Shown here in pieces: positions 9,391 through 17,069 of a stretch of 18,034 nt of DNA; position 1 is the first letter of the stretch; the number at the start of each line of letters is the position of its first letter. The notes beneath the pieces are model-generated. The model saw only the letters and a list, made by a program, of their open reading frames with translations, did no database searches and was not told where the DNA came from. The DNA comes from Paramicrosporidium saccamoebae KSL3 (Eukaryota > Fungi > Cryptomycota), in assembly GCA_002794465.1 (NCBI GenBank), contig MTSL01000106.1, positions 1-18,034 on the forward strand, read 5' to 3'. Both the position numbers and the translations under genes were made by a program.

Positions 9391-9393
9391 TTT
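9386..9393 (+). terminator. Pol III oligo(T) terminator of U6
   Basis: A run of 8 T directly follows the U6 3' region. Confidence 0.85.
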
Positions 9394-9413
9394 GCATTCC
9401 AACCGCTAGTTGT

Positions 9414-10145
9414 TTATAAAGTTGTTTGTGCTGCAGGTCTATTGTATGTATCCAGATAGCGTAGAAAGGACGCGGGTATCACCGACGTCGACATGACCGT
9501 CTGCAGTGCCTCTACTGCATTCGCATCCAACTTGACCTTGGCCACTTGTAGACGTCCCAAAAAGGCGGCCAGCTTTGCAAACCGTCGGTCTGTCTTCCTG
9601 GCTACCACCTCTGTCAGTGTCTTCCTCTCCCCGATTCCTGACTGCAGGAGCACCTCAAATATTTCCTGCCAGACGCTGACATGGAGACTTAGCCTGCGTT
9701 GCTGGGCTTGCTGGAGTATTTCAATGAGGCGGGAGAGATGGAGACCTCGAAGATAGACGAACAGGATGGCCGACTCGAGATGCGGTTGGGTGTTGGTGAG
9801 ACAGAGGAACCGGTCCATGAGGGCGGGGGAGGCGGAGTAGCAGATTCGCTCAAAGGTGCGCTGCACTGCATGTGGAGGGACCGTCGCTTTCTTGGCCGAC
9901 ATGAGCTCCAATATCCGCAGTGCACCAGCCGGGTCCGTCTCGTTGGTGGCATAGGCAGCCAATTCCGAGACGTCCTCCTTGGCATCCGCCGCAATTCCAA
10001 GCAGTTCGGTGGCAACTTCCATGTCCTTAGCTTTGCATGCCGCCACCACTGCATCCTGCAGCTGGAGACTGGCAAAGACGGGCATGGTGCGTACCTTTTC
10101 CAACAGGTCCTGTCGGAATGTCGTGGAGTAGAGTCGGCGGAGCAT
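9414..10145 (-). CDS. Hypothetical protein, 243 aa, probably mitochondrial and alpha-helical (PPR-like?)
   Basis: Long ORF filling the gap between U6 and COX17. MLRRLYSTT is a typical presequence, and the body is amphipathic and Leu/Ala-rich. No family recognised. Confidence 0.7.
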   Translation of the reverse strand: MLRRLYSTTFRQDLLEKVRTMPVFASLQLQDAVVAACKAKDMEVATELLGIAADAKEDVSELAAYATNETDPAGALRILELMSAKKATVPPHAVQRTFERICYSASPALMDRFLCLTNTQPHLESAILFVYLRGLHLSRLIEILQQAQQRRLSLHVSVWQEIFEVLLQSGIGERKTLTEVVARKTDRRFAKLAAFLGRLQVAKVKLDANAVEALQTVMSTSVIPASFLRYLDTYNRPAAQTTL

Positions 10146-10176
10146 GGATCCCGGTCACATCCCCAACAAACGTTTA

Positions 10177-10407
10177 TTAGACTATAAAGCCATAGGAGGT
10201 CAGACATGCACGATGCGCTTCTATGTATGTCTGACAATTCTCTTCGCCATTGAATAAGACACAGTCGTCGCGCAGTTTGCGCGTTTCGGGACATGCACAG
10301 CACGGCTTCAATGGGTTTCCTTGTTCGTCGACCGCCGGCTTGGTCGAAATTTCATTTGATACACCGGCAATAGGAGCTTCGGCTTCGACCATCAGATTGC
10401 AAGTCAT
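10177..10407 (-). CDS. COX17: Cytochrome c oxidase copper chaperone Cox17, 76 aa
   Basis: KPCCACPETRKLRDDC..NGEENC..IEAHRACL..YGF: the copper-binding CC plus twin CX9C. Confidence 0.96.
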   Translation of the reverse strand: MTCNLMVEAEAPIAGVSNEISTKPAVDEQGNPLKPCCACPETRKLRDDCVLFNGEENCQTYIEAHRACLTSYGFIV

Positions 10408-10450
10408 GAATGTATTTTTGGGTTACGATAAAATGGGTTTATCATTAAAA

Positions 10451-13400
10451 CTACAATTCGGGACAATTGAACGGCTCTGGCGCCTCCGGCTCATTATCTT
10501 CGGGGGTGGCAGAGATCACTTTGATATCCGATCGCTCAAAGAATTCAGCCGTCTGAGACCCATTACAATCACGGAGGACAATGATTTCGCCCTTCCAGCG
10601 TCCCGAGATTGGTTGATATTTGCCCTCGGCAGGGAAAAGGATGAATGGGAGTTGTTGAGGGGTGACACGAGAAAGATTGCTGATGGAAAAGTTCTCAGGC
10701 TCGGGCTCTGGTGTTGGCTCAGGATCATTGTTATCCGCAGACAGCTCGGGGGATGGTTCGGGTGACTTTGGAGAGTCAATGTCCATCAAACTGCCCTCAG
10801 TAGCCTGAGTAGGCGCCACATCCTAAATGGTCAGACAGCGTTTCTAGTAATGTACAATTTCCATGCCGTTGGATTTTCCAGACTTTTTGGCCCGGGCAGC
10901 CGCCTTGGCTGTTGTGGAGAGGACCGCAGTGACAAACTAAAGATTAGGGATTATGGTGGATCACTGGTACCTTTTTGGGAGCGGCCACAGCGGTTGCTTT
11001 CACTGGGGGAGGGATCGAAAACATGCTCGGCTTGACATTGCAGGTGACCTCAAACTTGGGAATATTAAGCGACTCGTCAACAGCAATCAGCGCAGTAGGG
11101 GAGAGGGCAAAGGAGAGGAAATGCGTCAAGGGATACCAATACCAGAACTGGCAGAAAAGCACTGTTCCTGCCACTGCCATGTGATTCACATGTCCGCTAG
11201 GAGAGGTCAGAGAGAGCACCGAGTTTCGTCCACCGGCATCGATAATGCCCTGAGCAAGGACGGCACCGAATTTGGCCATGGCATCTTCGCTCTTTGTCCC
11301 CACGACCGTCTCAAAGGTAGTACGGGCCCATGTGGAATCTGCGCAAGTAGTGGCGTTCTGCTGCATCATGAGCATGGCCATCGAAATGTACGCTCCCTGA
11401 CGCACAAAATCGGTAAAATCTTTGCACATTGGTTTCACCAATTCAATGGCAGCAGTGTTTCCCGTTCCAGCAAACGCAATACCCAACGCCATTGCCGCTC
11501 CGTATCTCACATGAGGATTGTAGCTTTCCGTCAAGAGTTCAATGATTTTGGACAGTTCTTGGGGGTTTTGGCAAAGAACGATTCCAAGGGAAGTGACAGC
11601 CGCACGACGCACATCATCGCTTCCGTCACTAACTGCCGCATGCAACAACCTTCCCAGTGCCTTCTTTTCGCTAGTACCCGCATATGCAGTGGCCAGAGTC
11701 CATATTCCTCCATATCGGATCAATGGATCCTTGGCTAGCAACATTTGTTCAATAAAAGTGTCTGATTGCTCTCTCAATCCCGCAAATATCAGAGAAATTG
11801 CAATGGAGATTCCACGAATTGACTTTTCGTGGCGAGTTTCGTGGGCGTAGGAGAGAATCTCGTGAGCAATCTCGGCATTTCCACTTTCATGGAGAATCAG
11901 GCCAATGGCAATGGCTGCAGCTTCACCAGAAACAGCATTGTCATTATACAGGATTCCCTTGACCACATCAACAAGTTCCATGTCGCCCGAAGACATGGTC
12001 GAAGCGCCTAATCCGAGACACAGTCCATGATGAAGAACTTCATTCTCCGTCTTTCCAATCTGTTCCATAAAGTACTCCTTCTCGACAGTTCCACAGCGAG
12101 CATTGATAAGTCCCAGCGCGTACATGGCGCCTCCTTCAGAATATGGACTTCCAGATCCATCATTCGAGGGCAGGTAGGGTTTTAGGATTTCCCGTCCCTT
12201 GCTAGCCTGTCCCTTGTGAATGACACCAAGACTGGATGCGGCCGTAAACTTGGCCCAGTTTGATGCAAATCCGAGCCATTCCAAATTCTTCCGAAGGAAT
12301 TCATCGTTGGTGCTGCCACAGTGAAGGATGGCATTTGAACAGGAGAGGACAGAATGGTGCATAGAGTTGTGGGCATTCAGCATTTCCTTGGTACGCTCCA
12401 TCACCATCATATCCGCATTGTTATTCCGATACAAAAATTCTAGCTGAAGCTGGGTAGAACGTGTCCCGTCCAATATGGAGACGACTTCAGTGACAAGACC
12501 AGAAGCTTCGGAGCTCGGGGCTTGCTTGCCTTGTCCCATTATGGAGATGAGGATAGTTTGTAGGAATTCTCGAGTAGCATCAGCACATAGATTGAAGCAT
12601 ATTTGCAGAACAACTGGACGCACAGCAGCATCTTTACACGAATCTCCAATCAAGCGAGCAATCAAACGTGAACATCCATCCGCATCGTGCATGGCAACCA
12701 GACAATCAGCGACAAAAATAAAGTCTGGCTTAGCAAAGCCTGCAGCCATATTGGCCACGACTGCAAGGACTCTTTGCTGATACTCCAGACTAGAAGCATG
12801 TTTCATTACGGCCTTCTGGGCATACTCGAGATGCTCTTGGGGAGACGGACTGCTCTTTAAAGCAGTCTCAAGAGTATCGAGACGATGGGCCTCGATGGCA
12901 ATGCCAATGGCCTGCTTGTACTCTTGTGCGGATAGACATCCCTCAATCAGACGCTCCACCAGTGCCTCCAGTGCAGGCTCCACAATCCTCACATCGTCCG
13001 AATGTTCCTCATTGTGCACTCGCACCTCCACATATTGATCAATAGCTTTGGCAAGAATCGTCTCCACAAAGGGCGAAAGCTCACAGACTTTGAACATGGT
13101 GTCGGCTTTTAGGGCATAGTCCACCGACTTTTCATAGTCGCCCAGGTGAAAGTGCAACTTGGAGAGGAGTAGCCACGCGGGGGCGGGCTGTGGAAGTTGG
13201 CCTGCGAGAGCCAAAATTCGCGTCAAGGAATCGGATATTTCGTACCAGAAAAAGTCCACGAGCTCCAGAAGCATATTGACCGCTTGAGAGCACACCTCAA
13301 GCTGAGGCTCCTCCAGCAATGCCATTACCCCAACTACAGACGAGATTAGAATTCCCACGGTTGCTATACCGGCCGAGGTGGCTTTGCGGCACTCGGAGCC

Positions 13401-13466
13401 TGCAAACGCGCCCTTCATATCGCTTCCTTTGGCGGCCATTGATGACTTGATAGTCGTCGCAGTCAT
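10451..13466 (-). CDS. RPN2: 26S proteasome regulatory subunit Rpn2/PSMD1; complement(join(10451..10822,10856..10936,10971..13333,13370..13466)), about 970 aa
   Basis: TSAVGVMALLEE, FWYEISDS, NWAKFTAASSLGVIHKG, SPYSEGGAMYALGLI, DDVRRAAV, YNPHVRYGAA, QGIIDAGGRN, TAVLSTTAKA..RAKK, C-terminal EPEAPEPF. Introns at 13334-13369 (36 nt), 10937-10970 (34 nt) and 10823-10855 (33 nt). The start could be the ATG at 13466, 13439 or 13418. Confidence 0.95.
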
Positions 13467-13545
13467 GTCTCGGCTCTCGGACAGCCAGGGATTTGGCTAT
13501 TTAACACTGGAAATAATAAGCGCATATATTTTTAATTTTCGATTA

Positions 13546-14175
13546 ATGCTGAAGATGAACGAGAACGCGGGTCCGCTCAGGATAGGCGTCTTGGGGATGC
13601 AAGGTGCTGTTATAGAACATGAAGGGGCTTTGAAGAGGGCCGATGAGAGCATCGAAATAGTGCTAGTAAGGTCGCCAGATGACGTTAAAAATCTTGATGG
13701 CCTGATCCTCCCTGGCGGAGAGTCTACTACCATTTCAATCAACGTGGCTCGTGGGGCGTTGCTCCCCATTCTCCAGGAGTGGATCCACGCTGGACGTCCT
13801 ACGTTTGGCACCTGTGCAGGGCTGATCTTAATGTCCAAGCCGAACATGGGCGGCTTTGACTGCACGGTGGAGCGCAATTACTATGGATCCCAGAGTGATT
13901 CGTTTGTCACAACTGTTCTGCACAATCTAAAGGAACTTGGTCCAAGCTCCAAGGGGGTATTTATCCGGGCGCCCGCTATCCAGGAGGTTTCAGATCAAGT
14001 AACCCCGCTTGCCGTGATAGATCATATTGCCGGACAACAAATTGTCGCCATACAGCAAGGCAACTTTTTGGGGACCACTTTCCACCCCGAACTAACAACT
14101 GACCCTACCTGGCATCGGTATTTCCTAAAAATAGCCAAAGCTTATAAGAAACAAGCTTTGGAAGCTTATCAATAA
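13546..14175 (+). CDS. PDX2: Pyridoxal 5'-phosphate synthase glutaminase subunit Pdx2/Sno1, about 209 aa
   Basis: IGVLGMQGAVIEH, LILPGGESTT, GTCAGLIL (catalytic Cys), FIRAP, FHPELT (His/Glu). The ORF-track extension from 13378 starts at GTG and overlaps RPN2; the ATG at 13546 or 13555 is the likely start. Confidence 0.94.
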   Translation: MLKMNENAGPLRIGVLGMQGAVIEHEGALKRADESIEIVLVRSPDDVKNLDGLILPGGESTTISINVARGALLPILQEWIHAGRPTFGTCAGLILMSKPNMGGFDCTVERNYYGSQSDSFVTTVLHNLKELGPSSKGVFIRAPAIQEVSDQVTPLAVIDHIAGQQIVAIQQGNFLGTTFHPELTTDPTWHRYFLKIAKAYKKQALEAYQ

Positions 14176-14605
14176 ATGGTCACCACCATGCAGGTAGCCT
14201 GCGACAGCCCCACTAACCGGCGCATAGATGATATGGAACTGGAGCTACGACAACACTATTGTCTTTAGTTGGTGGCACACAAGCTCCGCTATTGGTCTTT
14301 TCGCCGCATGTCTCCTGGTTGTCATCATCTCTCTTTCCCACGAATACATTGCATTCTTCCAGGCGCAGCATGATAGAGAAGCTCTCACACACGAAGCCAC
14401 CTATGCGAGTCTTGCGCAGCACGGAGCAATTAACTACCAGGTGCCGGGACGACTGCAGCGCTCCGTATTCTACGGGATGAGAACGTTTGTCACAGTCTTT
14501 CTGATGCTCATCACGATGACATTTAATGGATTCCTCATCATGTCAATAATCATGGGAGCTGTTGTCGGCCACTATCTTTTGGGAAGAGGGGCCGCACATC
14601 ACTAA
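14176..14605 (+). CDS. CTR: Ctr-family copper transporter (Ctr2-like); join(14176..14193,14228..14605), about 131 aa
   Basis: N-terminal MQMIWNW (MxM), three hydrophobic segments, MLITM (MxxxM), TFNG and GAVVG (GxxxG). A 34-nt intron at 14194-14227 has a perfect CACTAAC branch site. Confidence 0.9.
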
Positions 14606-14664
14606 GATAGTCATGGCGGTAGGCAAAGCAATAAATATGAAGCCAGATTGTATATATTAGGGTG

Positions 14665-15081
14665 TTACCAGCTGGACCTTTGGACACCAAGCAATTGTCC
14701 CTTCAATGCCATATCACGGAAGCGCATTCGGTTTACATTAAACTCGTCCAGTACGGCACGTCCACGACCCGTGAGAATGCAGCGTCGGACCATACGAACC
14801 AGCGACGTGGCAGCCGGCATCTCGGCCAACTTGAATTGCGCGAGCATGCGGGTTTTGGTGGGGAGGGCATCGTTGTGTGTTATATAGCGCAATGCCATAC
14901 GAGGAATTTCAGAGTCTGCAGCGATACGCCGCCTCACCCGATCAAACAGCATCTTTCCCTTCATCCTCAACCTGCCAGGGATTCGAGGATGCTTATGATA
15001 AAAGTCCTTGGACTGTGGATAGCTGTGGTGGATATAATAGCAATCGTTGGTGAGCAAGAGCGTGTCTATTAAAGGTATCAT
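14665..15081 (-). CDS. MRP2: Mitochondrial ribosomal protein uS14m (Mrp2); start uncertain (15081, or 14964 giving 99 aa)
   Basis: LPTKTRMLAQFKL, RRCILTGRGR, FNVNRMRFRDMALKGQLLGVQRSSW match the S14 family C-terminus. Confidence 0.9.
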   Translation of the reverse strand: MIPLIDTLLLTNDCYYIHHSYPQSKDFYHKHPRIPGRLRMKGKMLFDRVRRRIAADSEIPRMALRYITHNDALPTKTRMLAQFKLAEMPAATSLVRMVRRCILTGRGRAVLDEFNVNRMRFRDMALKGQLLGVQRSSW

Positions 15082-15212
15082 TATAGACTAACACCCTCGG
15101 CACACTGAATTGTGGGATCGCCATCAGGGTTATGTTTACCACCAAGCATCAGCAGATGTACTGTCCAGCAGTCTTTCATTTCACAGACTCAGACATCAGC
15201 TCGCCAAAAAGT

Positions 15213-15284
15213 TTCCGCATCGGGGAATCGAACCCCGGCCGCCGCGGTGAAAGCGCGGAATCCTAGCCACTAGACCAATGCGGA
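15213..15284 (-). tRNA. tRNA-Glu, anticodon TTC
   Basis: TCCGCATTGGTCTAGTGGCTAGGATTCCGCGCTTTCACCGCGGCGGCCGGGGTTCGATTCCCCGATGCGGAA: 7-bp acceptor stem, CCGCG/CGCGG anticodon stem, GTTCGATTCC T-loop, and a T5 terminator at 15206-15210. Confidence 0.96.
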
Positions 15285-15455
15285 TATAATCAGAAGGTGG
15301 TCTATATTTCAAGGATACTAAGTTTGGCTAACCATCTGGAATGAAATATCGCCTTGACGTATGCAAAAGTTGGCTCGCCACAAGAACAGAGCTGGGCTTC
15401 CAATCAGCAAGCTTTTATTTCCGACCTTTAAACAACAGCAAACTAAATAACTCTT

Positions 15456-16702
15456 TTATCTGCCAAGATTAACGTCGGCGGATTGCGAATCAAAGTTTTG
15501 TCCCAGCCACTCTGTAACTATATCAGCGGGATCCGCAACACCGTCTACGAACCCTTTTAGCCATCCATGGCCCTATAATCATCAAGTTATTGTGAGATGT
15601 TACAAACAAAATATCAAACGACGCTCGATCATTTGGATCCTTCTTAAGACTATAGCTGAGACCACTCGCACAAGTTAGGCTTACCAAATTGACAAGAAAT
15701 CCTGGCAAACCTCTGAAAATTTTCCTTCGGGCAAATTTGGTGGAGGATCATGCAAGATTGCCATGAGCTGTGCAAACGGTCCATCAAATTTCTTGCTACA
15801 GAACAAAGAGTCACCGGTGGCTGCTTCGTAGAGCGTGACCCCCAGACTCCAAATGTCGGCTTTGGTAGTGTACGCTTTTGGAACGTCAATCGCCACCCGT
15901 TCTGGCTAAGAAATCAGCGCAAACCTGGGTAGTGTACAGCCATGTAGCACATGCTCCCTATCTGTGTTTTGGCTAGCGACCTTACCAGATACCCACTCAC
16001 TCCAAAATCACAAAGCTTTACTTTGCCTTTCCGGTTGACAAGGATGTTAGAGGGCTTGATATCTACAAATCTATGGAAACCCACAACAGCCCTACCCCGA
16101 TGCATAACATTCATCTCCTTGTACAAAAAATACATGCCCTGTAGGACCGAAAAAGCAACTGCACAAAGCACATCTTCGGGGAGCGGGCCTTTAGATAGTT
16201 TTAGACTCTCGATTGAACCAGCTTCCATGAATTCGAGACAGAAGAAAATCGAGGAGCGGTTATGAAAGGCGCCATAAAACTCTATTATTGACTGTGACTC
16301 TGCTCGTGAAAGAACATTTAATTCCATCATCACCTGTTTGACCGAATCGGGCGACACTTCGAGTCGTAAATCCTTAAGGGCCATAATCTTCCCCGACGGC
16401 TTGTGTTGGACCAGCAACACGAGTCCATACTGGCCCCTCCCAATTTCCCGGATAAACTCAAACTCGTCCATATTTATGCGATACGTCATCCCGCTGGACA
16501 AACATTGAGCCCCATATTCGTCCATAAGAATCGTCTTGTTGTTAAAGTCTAATTTACCGTGCCCATCGCTAGAGAGATTAAATAAAGGTCGCCGATACGA
16601 CATGAGATAACCCGGACTCTGAAGGGCAGCGGCCCAAGCAAGACTGCCTTTGCAACTACCTTCGGAGCTTCCAAGTTGAAAATAAGAATACTTATCGGCC
16701 AT
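15456..16702 (-). CDS. PBS2: MAP kinase kinase, Pbs2/Wis1-like; complement(join(15456..15572,15604..15649,15685..15905,15938..16062,16096..16702)), about 371 aa
   Basis: IGRGQYGLV, MALK, EFYGAF, HRDIKPSNIL (after splicing), DFGVSGYLVRSLAKTQIG (SxxxT), YMAPER, ADIWSLG, CLKKDP, GHGWL. Introns at 16063-16095 (33 nt), 15906-15937 (32 nt), 15650-15684 (35 nt) and 15573-15603 (31 nt). Confidence 0.9.
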
Positions 16703-17069
16703 ATTCGGAGGGGGGGGGGATTCCAGGGTAGGCGGTGTTGATTTGCACTATTATTGATTTCTACCGACCATGGCCCCGCATAGCACACCGATAATCCTTA
16801 TCAGAATGCTTAAATATGACATGTGTGACAGCGAGAAACTGAACAAGAGTATGACAACGTAATAATGGCAGTGGGGTCTTTGTTTATCAAATAACGATTA
16901 AGAATGAGCTGATACCCAAACAACAAGACGAATCTTGGGATACACATAATGTTCCATGGAATTTGTTTGCACTCTGTTGGAACAGATCTAGCCAGAATAA
17001 TAATCCAGGCCTTGATGACATGCCGCTTCCCCGAGAACGTTGGATCGACCGGGGTAACGGACATTCGCC

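Noticed and set aside
9517-9528. Possible downstream B-box for U6 (GCATTCGCATCC)
   Set aside because: It lacks the invariant A of GTTCRA and lies inside a CDS.
10250-11738. Antisense ORFs over COX17/RPN2 (10250..10765, 10953..11738) and similar shadow ORFs over HIBADH, AT-1 and MRP2
   Set aside because: These are reverse-frame shadows of well-supported genes with no motifs of their own.
10177-14605. Copper gene cluster (COX17 and Ctr within about 4 kb)
   Set aside because: They are separated by RPN2 and PDX2 with no shared motif seen. Chance proximity is likely at this gene density.
15066-15182. Extra 5' exon for MRP2
   Set aside because: It needs a GTG or GTT donor, unlike all 17 supported introns, and adds no S14-like sequence.
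16710-16719. G10 run (C10 just before the MAP2K ATG) and CCC/GGG triplets before several ATGs, resembling microsporidian TSS signals
   Set aside because: Such triplets are frequent by chance at this GC content and need TSS data. No frameshift is implied.
16703-17069. Upstream MAP2K exon or a small gene (ORF 16810..17064); the kinase frame is open up to the TAG at 16748-16750
   Set aside because: No donor fits the GTA, 27-38 nt pattern (the nearest GTA gives 17 nt, and another candidate ends in AAG). The peptides are unrecognisable, so the region is left unresolved.
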